A DNA stretch of 64,000 nt, taken from NCBI GenBank assembly GCA_031835245.2, contig JAVKOQ020000069.1, positions 62,001 through 126,000 on the forward strand, in the 5' to 3' direction. Shown one piece after another: positions 34,355 through 46,636 of the stretch. Below the pieces are notes generated by a model that saw only the letters and a list, made by a program, of their open reading frames with translations, did no database searches and was not told the origin of the DNA. The translations under genes and the position numbers were made by a program. The stretch is from Balamuthia mandrillaris (taxonomy: Eukaryota). Position 1 is the first letter of the stretch, and every line of letters starts with the position of its first letter.

Positions 34355-35822
34355 GTAAATACATCAACACATAAACAAGGTGGGAGGTTGGCGTTGGGCG
34401 AAACCAGGAGAAGTAGTTCCTTATGTGCTGTTTTCCATCGAAACCACTCAGAAGGAGCGTTTATGGTTGGTTTGCAACGCACTACACTTTTTTTTGAGAA
34501 ATATGTGTGTTTATATTTATGTTTATTGTGAAACAAGTATGGTGGATCATGGCAACATGGGCAGTTGGTATTGGGGCTATTGGGCGGCTAAGCGAGGACC
34601 TGATCCCTTAACGGTAGCATGTGTAACACCCATTTGCCCTTTGCTCTATTTCTCATTCACCATTCTTCGTTTGTTGTTGTTGCTCTTCTTAGGATTGGAA
34701 AGCATTCCGTCAGAACGTGAAGGCCAACTCGGTAAGTTCGGTTAAACTTCTTTATCTATGTGTAACCAACTAGTGACGTTTTGTTTGAAACACAATCATG
34801 CAGAACGCGAAGGTCTTCCAGAAGAACATTTGTGATGTCATGTTGGAACAAGAGTTCTTCAATGGTATTATTTGTTTCTTCCCTTTCCTTCTCTTTCTTT
34901 TTCTTTCTTTGTTTGCTTAACATCTCTTCATCCAAAATAAACGATAGGAGTTGGAAATTACTTAAGAGCAGAAATACTGTATAGAGCAAAAGTGGATCCG
35001 TTTCAATCAGCTGCGTCAGTGTTTAATGGTGGCAGTGGCACTTTTCAGTACCAGGGAATGAGCTACGCCAAAGGAGACCTGTTGTTGGCACTCTGCCACA
35101 TTGTGCCAAAAGAAGTCCTTGACAAAGGACTAAACAAGTATGGCAACGCGCAAGAAAAGGACGCCTTCGATGACTGGTTGAAGTTAGTACCCATTCTTTT
35201 TTTTCTCTTTTGTTTTTTCTGTTCTCTTTTTTGTTTTCTTCTTGTCATTCTCTTTTCGTTTCTTTCTGTGTGTGTTAAACAAACAAAACAAAAAAGATGT
35301 TATGGAAAGTCACAATGCCAAAAGGAAAAAGGTAGAACCGTGTGGTTTGTACCCAACAACCACCATGCCGAGCCCTCCGAAGAGGACAAACAAAGCTTTG
35401 TTGCTTTGCTTTCCTCTCCCAACTCATCTTTTCCCTCCAATCCCGTTTCTCCTTCCATTGCCCTGCTTCCGTCTTCTTTGGCTTCTGCCACCAACAATAA
35501 TGTTGCTCCTCCTCCTCAACAACTTCTGCTCCAACACCCCCCGACTCAACTTCAACAACCTCAACTCCTTTCTCAACAAAAACAACTCCCTCCTCTTCAA
35601 CAGCAACCGAAGAAGATGACTTCTCCAACCACAAAATTGCTGCTGCTGTCTTCTCTTTTGACCAAGAACGGAATGCTGGACGCCACCGACAAAGCAAAGC
35701 TCAAGCAAATGGCGTTCATGAAGGACGCCAAGGCCTTGGCCGTGTTGAACTGCTACGAAGTGGAAGATGACTTGGAGGAGGCTGCCGAGTCGTTCCGCTT
35801 GCTGCTTCTGCAACAGCGTTAA
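34000..35822 (+). CDS. NEIL1: Endonuclease VIII-like DNA glycosylase with a C-terminal Gln-rich linker and small helical domain; multi-exon
   Basis: N-terminal MPELPE, ARGKEL, RGPDP, and the H2TH motif FQKNICDVMLEQEFFNGVGNYLRAEILYR assembled across introns. Confidence 0.9.
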
Positions 35823-36140
35823 TCTCAGGTTTTTTTTATCTCATGTTGTTGTTGTTTTTTGTGACAAAAAAAATTACAAGAATGTAGCTATCTTGGTGGA
35901 AGGTGTTGCTTAGTTGCAATGTCACACGTGCAAGACGGTCATTCAGGGCATTCATCGATACATTATTCTGTCTCCTGCGCCCGCTGTGGGCCGGAAAATC
36001 AGGACGTCATGACGGTGTTTCTGTCGACACCAAGAGCGATGCGGGAATAAGAATGGTCGTCATATTTTCCCAAATTGGCAATGCGTGACATCACCCTCGT
36101 AAGAGGAAAAAGAAAGACGCAAACAAAAAGGAAGGGTAAG

Positions 36141-37939
36141 ATGCAGCCAACCCAGAGCAACAACAACAACAAGTACAGGAAGCTCGTGGTCCATACTTTG
36201 TCTTCGGACTTTAGGGCGGCTACCCGCATCGAAGAAGTGGACCTCCCGGCTTCGCCTTCGCAGCTGCCGAAGGGTCACCTCCTCGCCAAAGTCCTCTACA
36301 CTGGCGTCAACGCTTCCGACATCAACTTCACTGCTGGAAAATATCTTTTTTCTTCCCTTTCTTCATTCTCTTTTCTTGTCTTTTTTTTTTGCAGCCTTGA
36401 CGAACTGTTTTGTCAAGTATCTGCCTGGTGCTAAACCGCCGTTTGATGCTGGGTTTGAGGCCGTGGGTGTGGTGGAAATGGTGGGAGAGGGCGTTCCTTC
36501 TCTTTTCAAAGTTGGAACTCCTGTGTCTTTCTCCAGTTACGTTCTTCATCTCCTTGTCTTGCTTCTCGCTTCTTCATTCTCTTTGCTAAACGATAGCAAC
36601 ACAGATTTTGGGTGTTACAGAGAGTACATGGTAGTCAAAGCGAAAGGCTGCGTGCCCATTCCTTCCGCCAAGCCTGAGTTCCTGCCGCTGCTTGTCAGCG
36701 CCACGACAGCCTCCTTGGCTCTTGAGTGCGTTGGAGACATGAAATCTGGAGAAACTGTTCTTGTCACCGGTTAAACCCTTTTTCTTTTTGTTGTCCTTTG
36801 TCTACTCTCTTCTTTCTTCATTCTTCTTTCTTCTTTCCTCTTTCCTCTTTCTGCTTTCTTCTTCTTCTTTCTTCTTTCTTCATTTTTCATTCTTCTTTCT
36901 TCTTCTTTCTTCTTTCTTCTTTCTTCTTTCTTCTTTCTTCTTTCTTCTTTCTTCTTTCTTCTTTCTTCTACTTCATTCTTCTTCTTCTTCTTTCTTCTGA
37001 CACAACTGGCTTTACGTTACCAAAAACAGCGGCGGCAGGTGGCACCGGCCAGTTTGCAGTACAATTGGCAAAGTTGGCCGGAAACCACGTCATTGGTACA
37101 TGCAGCACGTCGGAAAAGGTCGAATTCTTGAAGAGTTTGGGCTGCGATAGAGTCATCAACTACAAAACAGAAAATGTATTTGAGGTGTTGAAACAGGAAT
37201 ATCCGAAAGGGTACCGCCATACCCTCTGCTTTCCTAGGCTGCTGTCTTCTCTATTTTCCGTTCTCTTCTCTCTTTCCTTTCTGCTTTTTTTCCAAAAGTT
37301 TCTCGCCCCTAAAGCTTCTCCCCATACAACCGAATATAGGATAGACTTGGTGTATGAGAGCATCGGCGGAACGATGTTTGATACTTGCGTTAATAACCTG
37401 GCCATCAAAGGAAGACTCATTATTATTGGCATGATCTCTGGCTATCAGGATGGCACTGCCTGGGAAGCTAAAGGTTCTTTCCCTTTCATTTTAGTGAGTG
37501 TGTTTTCGTTGAAAGGTTAACATTCGTCAAACAAACAACAGGAGACAAAAGCAGAACGCCATTAGCCGCTAAACTTTTGGCCAAGTCAGCGTCGGTTCGT
37601 GGCTTCTTCTTGAACCACTATTGGGACAAGTACCCGCAACACCTCCAACAATTGGCTCGGCTTGTCAGTGAAGGCAAGCTCATTTCGCACGTGGACGCCT
37701 CGCGTCCTTTTGTTGGTATTGAATCAGTTGCTGATGCTGTTGACTATATGTATTCTGGCAAGAACGTCGGTATGTACTCTTTTGGGTTCTCTTCCTTCCA
37801 GCATATTTGTTGTGTCTCTTTCGTTCAGCTCTCTTGCTCTTTTTCCTTTGTTTTCTGACCGTACAGTACAAAAGGCAAAGTGGTCGTAGCGATGCATCCG
37901 GATGTCCCTCATCCTGCTCACAAAAAAGCGCATTTGTGA
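36141..37939 (+). CDS. PTGR3: Prostaglandin reductase 3 / ZADH2-like MDR oxidoreductase, probably peroxisomal; multi-exon
   Basis: [60 protein letters not shown], and C-terminal AHL (PTS1-like). Confidence 0.9.
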
Positions 37940-38000
37940 GCAACAAACCTTAACTCCACCAACAAACAGCTATATTAATAATACGAAACTTTTAGAAAAA

Positions 38001-38954
38001 ATGAAAAAGCGAAAGAGAGGCGATGAGGAGGAGGAAGAGGAAGAGGTGCCCGACGCAGGTTCTCCCCCAGAGAGGGGTCCATCACGGCAGCACACCAGTC
38101 GGCCTTCCTCTCTGCGCGCACGCAGAGAAGACCGCGTTGTTGAAAGATGCTTGGTGGAGGAATGCTTGCCGGACGAGCTCTTGGCCCACATACTGGACAT
38201 GCTGCCGCCGGACAACGTGGCCATTGCCGCCCGGACCTGCCGCCGCTGGTTTGCTTGCAGCCCACCCCACCTCCGCAAGAAGCTCTGGGCAAGAAGGGCG
38301 TGCAGCTCCCTGCCCCTTCTTCGATGGGCTCTGCAAAATGGCTTCGCCCCACCGCAAGACAAGCCGACAGCAGCTTGCGCTCTCATAGCCCACGGCGGGT
38401 CCTTGCCAGCGTTGAAGTGGGCACGGGAGGAGCATGGCTTCGCTTGGGACGAGCAGACCTGCGCCAGGGCAGCACAGCAGGGGCACCTGGCGGTGCTGCA
38501 ATGGGCGAGGGAGCAGGGCTGCCCTTGGGATGAGCAAACTTGTTACCGGGCTGCCCGCACCGGGCACTTGGCCGTGCTGAAATGGGCGAGGAAGCGGGGC
38601 TGCCCTTGGAAGGAGGACCCAACCATGTGCAACTTTGCTGCCATGAGCGGACAGCTAGCGGTGCTGAAGTGGCTGAGGAAGAAAGGCTGCCCATGGGACC
38701 CATGGACCTGCTATTGGGCGGCAAGAGGAGGCCATCTGGCGGTGCTGCAATGGGCGAGGGAGCAGGGCTGCCCTTGGGACACGGACACAGCCACGGCGGC
38801 AGCGCAACAAGGCCACTTGGAGGTGCTGAAATGGGCGCACGAGCACGGTTGCCCTTGGGACGAATGGGCAAGCTTTTGGGCCGCTGTCGGCAAACACGCG
38901 CAAGTGGTGGGTTATCTGCGCCGACAGGGCTGCCCCTCTGACGTCCCTGGATGA
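38001..38954 (+). CDS. F-box plus ankyrin-like (GHLxVLxWAREQGCPWD) repeat protein; intronless
   Basis: F-box LPDELLAHILDML...ARTCRRWF followed by about 6 repeats of AAxxGHLAVLQWAREQGCPWD. Confidence 0.9.
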   Translation: MKKRKRGDEEEEEEEVPDAGSPPERGPSRQHTSRPSSLRARREDRVVERCLVEECLPDELLAHILDMLPPDNVAIAARTCRRWFACSPPHLRKKLWARRACSSLPLLRWALQNGFAPPQDKPTAACALIAHGGSLPALKWAREEHGFAWDEQTCARAAQQGHLAVLQWAREQGCPWDEQTCYRAARTGHLAVLKWARKRGCPWKEDPTMCNFAAMSGQLAVLKWLRKKGCPWDPWTCYWAARGGHLAVLQWAREQGCPWDTDTATAAAQQGHLEVLKWAHEHGCPWDEWASFWAAVGKHAQVVGYLRRQGCPSDVPG

Positions 38955-38982
38955 CGGTTTGTTACCTTTCGACAAACACACG

Positions 38983-39021
<39 letters not shown>

Positions 39022-39446
39022 CCTCCCTCTCTCCCTCCTTTCCTGTCACCCGATCGAAAAGGGTCGGCAACGCGGGGAACAACAAGGAGAAAACCGGGCG
39101 AGAAGATGGAGAAAAGCCGGAAGAGGCCCACCTATGCGTCGTACCCCCTTTTTTCTTTTTCTTTTTTTTTATTTTTGGACCTTTGTCAACGTTTCCCTCT
39201 GCTCTGCCCTCTCTCTTCTTCCTGCTCAACTTGCCAGTTGACCGCCCAAGACCTTTTTCACCTCCCCATTCCGTTTGGATCCTTCCGTTTGACCTTCAAT
39301 CACAACCAAGCAAGCCATAAATAATGTCACACAGACGAAGTGGAACCAAGCTCTTTTGCGTTCTGCATCCACGACCGAGGCTTGCGACCACTCCACCGCA
39401 TCTTCTTTCTGCATCCACCACAAGAACCGCAAGAACCGCTGCCAGC

Positions 39447-39767
39447 ATGGAATGGTCCGCATGGAGCTACAGAGGGGGATGGCTCAGAGAGACCAAGTCC
39501 CAGGAGGAGAGGGAGGTCCTCACCGCCAGCTCTCACCCCAAGCCGACCCCCGAGTCCTGCGCGCTGGAGAAGGCCCAGGAGGAGAGCAGACAGCAGCAAC
39601 AGGACGAGAAGGTGGAGAGGAAAACGGCGGAGCAGGTGAGGGAGGAGCAGCTGACGGAGGAGGAGAACCTTCACCTCCCGGAGCACAAGGCCCGCCACCA
39701 CCGCGGCTTGAAAGAGAAACTCAAGGTACTGCTCCAAGACCTCAAGGACGCTTGGTCTGTTTACTGA
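39447..39767 (+). CDS. Small hydrophilic hypothetical protein
   Basis: 106-aa ATG ORF with strong G/C-ending codons, ending LKEKLKVLLQDLKDAWSVY. Confidence 0.55.
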   Translation: MEWSAWSYRGGWLRETKSQEEREVLTASSHPKPTPESCALEKAQEESRQQQQDEKVERKTAEQVREEQLTEEENLHLPEHKARHHRGLKEKLKVLLQDLKDAWSVY

Positions 39768-39817
39768 GAAGAAAAACCGTTCCGTTTTGTTCCACGTTGC
39801 TGCGTGCATTCTGGTTT

Positions 39818-40888
39818 TCATGGATACTCTTCTCGCTGTATCATAGTAAAGAAAAGCTCCTCCTTTGTTTTCCTTGTTCGTTTTTGTGTTTGTTGTTGAG
39901 GTTGCTGCTCGATGGTGTTGGTGTTGTCAGCAGAGAGAAGAGGAAAGAAGAGCTCTTCCCGTAGCATGTCGAGAATAAGGTCTCTTCGTTGGCGGTCGAT
40001 GAATGGCTCGGCTTTCCATGAGGCCAAGTAGATCATGGCCAAGTTTCGTTGTTGTTGAGAAGAAGAAGAAGCGGAGGAAGAGGAGGAGGAGGAAGAAGAA
40101 GAAGAAGTTGGAGAGAAGAGGTCATCCAGGATCATTTTCTTGGAGAGGAGTTCTTTGGAGTGCATTTGGTTGAGCTCTTGGAGGAGGTCCGTTATTTTGG
40201 TGAGCGTGAGCGTGGGGAAGAGTCGTTCTTGTTCCACATCTTCTCTTTGAGCTTCTTTCTGTTCGCTTGTTTTTTGTGGAGAAGAAGAAGAAGAAGAAGA
40301 AGAAGAACAAGCAGAAGAAGAAGAAGAAGAAGAAGAAGAAGAAGAAGAAGAAGAAGAAGAAAGAGCAAAAGAAGAAGAAGAAAATAGAGAAGGAGGACGA
40401 TAAGGAGAAGAAGAAGCAGAGAAAGAAGAGAGCGAACGAAGCGGGCTCGAGGTAGAAGAAGGAAGAGAGTAGAGAAAACAGTCGTTGAGAAGGGAATAAT
40501 CCAACTGACAGAGAGCAGAGCGAATGCTCTGCAGCTTGGCGTAGATCCCGCAGAGCTCGGTGAAGAGGTCCTGCAGCCGTTCCTTCCGCTCTTCCTCCTT
40601 GAAGTGGAGCTTCACCTCCGTTCTCTCCAACACCGAAAACGGTTGGCGGGCCAACAACACGCCTTGTTCTTGCCGCGCGTCCTCAGCGTCAGCATGGCCG
40701 CTGTCGTGATGGTGGAGGTATTCCACTTGGACGCGGCCGTTGATGAGACCGAGGAGGTGGTCGCGGAGCGTGTTGGTGAGGAGGTCCCAATGCCTGAGCT
40801 GCTCCTCCACGGAGCGAAACGCCTCTTGCACCTTCTTTCTGTGCAGCTCCGTTTTGCCTCTTTGGTTTCTTTGCAACGTCGTTGCCAT
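39818..40888 (-). CDS. C1orf109/AIRIM (CK2S family)-like helical protein with poly-Ser insertions
   Basis: 356-aa ORF. The motifs LFPTLTL...MHSKELLSKKMILDDL...IYLASWKAEPFID recall the C-terminus of that family, recognised from memory only. Confidence 0.5.
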   Translation of the reverse strand: MATTLQRNQRGKTELHRKKVQEAFRSVEEQLRHWDLLTNTLRDHLLGLINGRVQVEYLHHHDSGHADAEDARQEQGVLLARQPFSVLERTEVKLHFKEEERKERLQDLFTELCGIYAKLQSIRSALCQLDYSLLNDCFLYSLPSSTSSPLRSLSSFSASSSPYRPPSLFSSSSFALSSSSSSSSSSSSSSSSACSSSSSSSSSPQKTSEQKEAQREDVEQERLFPTLTLTKITDLLQELNQMHSKELLSKKMILDDLFSPTSSSSSSSSSSSASSSSQQQRNLAMIYLASWKAEPFIDRQRRDLILDMLREELFFPLLSADNTNTIEQQPQQQTQKRTRKTKEELFFTMIQREEYP

Positions 40889-41063
40889 CTTCTCTTTCTT
40901 CTTTCTTTTTTTTTTTCTCCGCCAAAAAAAAAAAAATCAGTTGTCACAACCAGGTGTCGAACCGACGACAAAAATAAAATTATAGATAAAAAAAGAAGGT
41001 GTGAGGAGTGAGTGTCGAACGCATGAAAGCAACAAACCTGGAAGAAAAGAAAGCAAGTAACGA

Positions 41064-41939
41064 ATGGGAGTGAAATGGTGTGTGGTGTTCTGCTCCTTCT
41101 TGTTCTTCTTCTTCTTCTTCTTCTTCTTCTTCTGCTGCTTTTTCTTCTTCTTCTCTTTGCTCTTGTATTTGGTAAACTTACTGGATGTGGACGTGTGCAT
41201 ACCAATACAGCGTATTTCCGTTTTCACGAGATCCCCAGGCTTTGGGAGAGATGAAACAGCGGGTGGAACGGCTACGAGGCAAGAAGGTCGGCGACTGGAG
41301 CCTCTATTGCACGCTCTACCTTCACGAATCGGCTAAAGGTTTTTCTTTGTTTCTCTCTATCCTCTCTCTCCCTACATTCTCACTTTCTCTTCTTCCCACA
41401 AAGAGCCTTCCTTGCCGGAAACCATCAGCAAAGAGCTCTACCTTCTTCGTGAAGAGCTCTTTCCGTCTTCCTCCTCTTCCTCCTCCCTTGAAAATGACTC
41501 TGCTCCTTCCTCCTCCTCCTCCTCCACCAACAAATGCTACCTCATGCTCCAGGGCAATATCCTGGAAGCCGGCCTGGAAATGCAGAGCATCATCAAGAAA
41601 GCCAAGCTCTACAAGCCCCGTCAGACGGTCCACATCAAAGGCTTTCAGTACGAGATTGGGGACTTTGGGGTGAAGATCGGCTCCATCATGCTGGGCAACA
41701 ACAACAAAGGGGTGGTGGTGGAGGTGGAGTACAGGCCCTGCCTCACCCCCAACCAGTGTCAGGGCATTCTCAATGAGTTTATTGGCAACTTAGGACCCTT
41801 TGATGTCTCCATCCCGAGGTTCCTTGGCACCTACGTGCCATTCGACGGGTTGGTGCTGCCCACGCTCTACTCCATGCGGCACACCACAAGCCAGTACGTT
41901 CGGCTCTTCCATGCTCTCAAACTGTTAAAACCAACATAA
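41064..41939 (+). CDS. MED20: Mediator subunit 20; multi-exon
   Basis: MGVKW start and IKGFQYEIGDFGVKIG...KGVVVEVEYRPC. Confidence 0.85.
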
Positions 41940-42006
41940 AGTTTGGAAGGACGTTGTTTCGTTGTAAAGAAGAAGAAGAAGAAGAACAAGAAGCAGCAGC
42001 GTTTGC

Positions 42007-42656
42007 TTATTTGGAAGGGAAGGTTCGGTGTTGTTGTTGGTTCAGTTGAGCCTTGAGATGGTCCCTCTCGGCACAGACATCACGAAGCTGACCCTCCTTC
42101 TCACGCAGCTCTTCCTCCAGGCGGTCGTGGTCCTCCTGAAGGCTGTCCCGCTGCGTTCTCTGTCTCTCCGCGAGGCCTTTGGCTTTGGCCTCTTCGACAG
42201 CTTCACGCAGGGCCTTGTTCTCTGCTCTGAGCTCTTCCACCATTCTGTTCGTGTCTGGTTCTCTCTGTCCTGCCTGCTTCTGTGTTGCTTCTTTTGTCTT
42301 GTCGGTGGGGGCTACAGTGGGCGAAGTGGATTGTCGAATGGCTTTCTTCTCGTTGGAGAGAGGAGAGGGAGCTTGTTCCTCTTCCAAAAGGTAGGGTGTG
42401 GCCTCCTCCTTGGCGGGCTTGTCGTCGTGCTTCTGCATTTTTTCGAGCTGATGGTTTGCGCTTGTTCTTTTTGACCGATGAATTATGGAGCTGTTCTTTG
42501 CAGCTCTTCACAATGGGTGGTGGCCGCTGCTTGCAAGTTTTCTTTCCATTGGTTTGCCTTGTATTTTCTGACCAACCTTCTCCTCCATGCCATGCAAACT
42601 TCATTCCGTTCTTCTCTTCTCTTTGTCGTCTCTTCCTTGTTGGCGTTTGCTTCCAT
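42007..42656 (-). CDS. Hypothetical coiled-coil protein; 5' end uncertain
   Basis: 143-aa coiled-coil ORF at 42007-42438 whose frame is open further upstream. A possible first exon starts at 42656. Confidence 0.45.
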
Positions 42657-42759
42657 GACGACCCGAATAATCGTTCCCGGGTCGTCGTGACGGTTTCCCG
42701 CCTTTTTTTTTCCCCGAACTCTTTTTTGCGGACAAATCAAAAAAAAAAGAAAGAAAAAA

Positions 42760-43576
42760 ATGGATGCGGTAAGATGGGACGACGACCAAGACAGGTACGG
42801 TGGGAGAGAACAGGCAGAAAGCCCGCCGGAGATAGTGATATGTGGCGCGAAGCAGGACGGCAACGACGCTCCCTTTGTTTCTAGGTTGGAGTTGTTGCCG
42901 TGCACCATTCATGAGGATGTGAAAGACGCTCCCATTGATTCGTATTTTCGGATAGAGGAAGCCTATTCCGACTCTGCTACTTCTTCTGCTTCTTCTTCTT
43001 CTTCTTCTTCGTCTTTGAGCGGAGGATCCATCAAAAGGAGTTGCTTTAGGGGCATAGAGCTGTTAGGGCAACGCCTGAACCTTCCTCCTTCTTGTTCAGG
43101 TGGATTTTTATTGTTCTCTCCTCCTTCCTCTTCCTCATATCTCTCTCGTCTCTCTCTCTCTCTCTCTTTATTGTAGATGCCTCCTTCTTTCCTTCTCTCT
43201 CTGAACTTTTTTTGTAGGGTGGATAGTGGCAGAAAAGGAAGTGGATGAGTGGGACGTTCGTTCAGCAGCATCAAACAACAACAAAGAATGGATAGTGGCT
43301 GGCCGGTTCTCGTCCTTCACCTATTGGAACCGAGAAACTCTCCCATCGGAGCAAGACCTCCCTCCCCAATGGATGATGTGGACACGGCTTGCCAACTCGG
43401 TTTCTTGTCGTTTCTTTTTTCTCTTTTTCCTCTTTTCTACTTTGTTCTAAGTCTCGTTCTCACGACAGATACATAAACCTGTAACAAAAGAAGAAGTGGA
43501 AGCCATACTCGCCACTCCCCAAACCTCTTCTTCCAGTGAAGCCAGAGACAAAGCACAAGGAGCAACACCAACTTGA
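42760..43576 (+). CDS. RNASEH2C: Ribonuclease H2 subunit C; 3 exons
   Basis: LLPCTIH..APIDSYF, FRGIELLG, FSSFTYWNRETLP, WTRLANS|IH. Confidence 0.88.
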
Positions 43577-43652
43577 AATAAAAAGAGAACAGAGACAAAA
43601 AAGAAAACACTTTTTTTTTAAACATAAACATAATACACTTTTCATCTCTCTC

Positions 43653-45884
43653 TCAAGAAGAAGACGAACCAGCCGAGACTTCTTTTCCGTGATGAAACCA
43701 TTGTTCGACTTCCTCGCCGTCGCTGTAAATCATCAGGCCTTTGCCGTGCTTTTGGTTGTGCTGCCAGTGGCCCTCGAAGCGATCCCCATCCACCCAGTAG
43801 AACGCCCCTGCCCCGTGCTTCTCGTCATCTTTCCATTGGCCCACGAACTTGTTTCCTGATCATCATCATTATTGCAAGGCGGGAGAAAAAAGTAAACTTG
43901 AGAAACAAAGCAAAGAGAAACAGAAAAGAAAAAGAGCATACCGGAGCTGTGAGTATAAGTGCCAGTCCCGTGTTGTTTGTCGGCTACCCACTCACCGTCG
44001 TAGCAATCGCCGTTGGCAAAAGTGAAGCGGCCATGGCCATGTTTCTTGTCAGCATGATATTCTCCTTCGTACTTATCGCCGTTTTTGTATAGATAACAAC
44101 CTTTTCCTTCTCTCTTTCCATTAGCGTATTGTCCTTTTTATTGTTTGTTTGTTTGTTTGGTTGTTACAGTGTTAAAAAAAAAGGAGCATAGAGATACAGT
44201 GAAATGTGTTAACTTGAGAGATGGCGTGAAAGTGTTTAAGGAAAGAAGAAAGGAGCAAAAAGGACAAACCTTTATAAACATTTCCGGATGCAAAAGTGAA
44301 AGTTCCGGTTCCATGAAATACATTATTGAGCCATTCTCCTTCATACTTATCGCCGTTTTCCCAAACGTATGCTTCCCATTTCGTGTTTTCTTGTCCTTTG
44401 CGTTAAAAACGAGAACATATTAGCATATTGAAAACAAAAACAAGAACAAATGTCCAAACAAACACCTTTTGTGGGACTTGATGAAGATGCGCCTGCTTCC
44501 TTTTCTTTCTCTTTTTCTTTCTCTTTCTTCGTTGAATCATTTCTTTCTGTGTCTTCTGCTTTCTCTTCTTCTTTGTCGTTGCTTCTTTCTCCCAGACGAA
44601 AACTTGATCTTTGTTGCTTCTTCGCACTTGGTGACAATGTTGCTGCTGGTGAAGTTCCTACCGCCCATCGTTTGCTTCCTCCTTTCTTTTTATTACCTCC
44701 ATTTTCTTCTTTCTTTTCTTCTTTATCCTTCTTTTTCTTCTTTTCCACGGGAGAAGATGAAGAAGATGCAGTGTCGTTGATGTTTCGTATCTCGTTCATT
44801 CTGGAGTGAAGCTCTTGAACACGCCGAAGGGAGGAAACAAGATGTTTTTGCAGCTCTGCCACATAGTTGGAGCAAACCGACACCAACACGTCCAATTCGT
44901 GTTCTCTCATCATCGACTCGTAGCTCTCAATACTGTTCTCTGCGCTTTGTTTCCAACTGTCCTCTGCCAAAGCTTCTTCCCTTTCGGCATCCGGTAGTTT
45001 GGCCGCTGCGTTTTGTTTTGTGGAGGTCTTAAGGCTTTGGCATTTGCTTCGAGCGGAAATGTAGGCGGATGCTTTCTTCTCGTACTCTTTCTTGGTTTCT
45101 TTGGCGGCATTGAGATCGGTTAGCCAAGAATCGGTGGCTGTTCCTAAACCTTTGTTACGAGCATCGTCCTTTTCGTGTGTTTGTGGAGTTGCAGAGATGA
45201 GAAACTTGAGAAGCAACGAAAAGAGGAAAAAGAAAAAGCGAAAAGAGTGATATAAACCATTTTGCTGCGTAGGTCACCAAAGTCACGATGAAAATCAGCA
45301 AAAGCCAACATAGATTGTGCTGCACAGGAAAAAAAACAGTAGTGGTCAGTCGAACTTTTGCTAGAAATTGGAGATCAATAAGCAAAAGAGTACCGAGAGT
45401 AGCGGTGTCTTGGTGATCCTTGAATAGCGCATTCAGTTCTCTGAACGAGTCTCCGACAAGTCGCTCGCTTTCAATGTTTTCTGTTCGTTTGAAAGAAAGA
45501 AAGAAAGAAAGAAAAAGTGAATGAGAGAAATTGAATCGAGAGAAGGAAAAAAAAGTAGCGAAACGATTTGAAAAAAAAAACCTGTGTTTGATTTGTTCAG
45601 AGCTTTGTTTTTCTTGCTTAACAACTTTACAGACTCGCGAACTTGTTCAACTTCCTATTTTACGAACAAAAAAAAATAAAACAACAAAAAAGTAATCGCG
45701 CCAAAAGTTAATCTCTTCACCGTTTTTTTTTTTTTTTGTAAATCTATGAAGCAAAAAAAACACAAACAAACAAACAAAAACACGATACCTTTTCTTTCTC
45801 TTGCACCATCTTAGGGAGGTCTCCCTCCAAACTGCTCAAATCCGGGCCTCCAAACTTGGGGAAACCTTTCACCTGGATGTTCAT
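43653..45884 (-). CDS. BAR-like helical domain plus C-terminal MORN repeats; multi-exon
   Basis: About 7 MORN repeats (YEGEWLNNVFHGTG, YEGEYHADKKHGHG, FEGHWQHNQKHGKG). The N-terminal helices (KKEYEKKASAYISARSK...AEREEALAEDSW) resemble BAR helices 2-3. Confidence 0.7.
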
Positions 45885-46066
45885 CTTTTTTTTTTTGCTT
45901 TCTTTCTTTTCTCTATTAGTTATTTTTTATTTTTTTTTTTTTGTGACGTTCATTAATTTAAACGATTTTTCCAAATATGGTGATTTTGTGACGTGTTATT
46001 ATCTTTATTTAGTATTGAGTGACGTGTAAATCCTTCTCTTATTATTTATTTATTTTTTTTGGTTGT

Positions 46067-46636
46067 TCATTCATCTTTGCAGGCTTCCACGCAGTTGCCC
46101 TCCATGTCCAGCATTCTTGGAGCTCCGGTGATAGGCAGGATCTCCTCTTCCTGTGGGTTTGGTTTGTTTTACAAGGTCAGCTTTGAAACAGAACAGGAAG
46201 GGGAAATAAACAGAAAAGAGCGTTCACGCACCGCCTCCTCGATGAAGTCTTCATAGATGACGGCGTCGATGATGCCCAAATGGTTCAGCTCCAGGCGGGT
46301 CTCTCCGCTGCACTCATCCTCCACCTCGTTGATGAAGAAGATGGCCTCGCTGCCCACAGGGGGTGGGGTGCTCAGGCAGTCCGCCCCATTGCCAAAGTTA
46401 TGGACCATCAGCCAGCTCTCCCTTTGACAGTCGCCTTTGTAGAAGGCGGCATCCCCCAGGATGGCCCTACCCTCGGTGAACCACTCGGTGGTGGCGATGA
46501 TGACCAGGTCAGCTGCCTCCACACGTTCTGCTATGGATGGGGGCACGTAGTCGATGGGGGCCGAGCAGGCATGGGCGAGCTGTAGGGTGGCCATCAGGGC
46601 CACCACGCCAAGAAAGGGCAGGTGTTTCCAGGACAT
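46067..46636 (-). CDS. Secreted protein with a TIMP/NTR-like OB-fold domain; 2 exons
   Basis: Signal peptide ending AHA-CS, then AERVEAADLVIIA, FYKG and C....GSEAIFF. The in-frame last exon is EEEILPITG...CVEACKDE*. TATAAATA lies upstream on the minus strand near 46794-46801. Confidence 0.6.
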
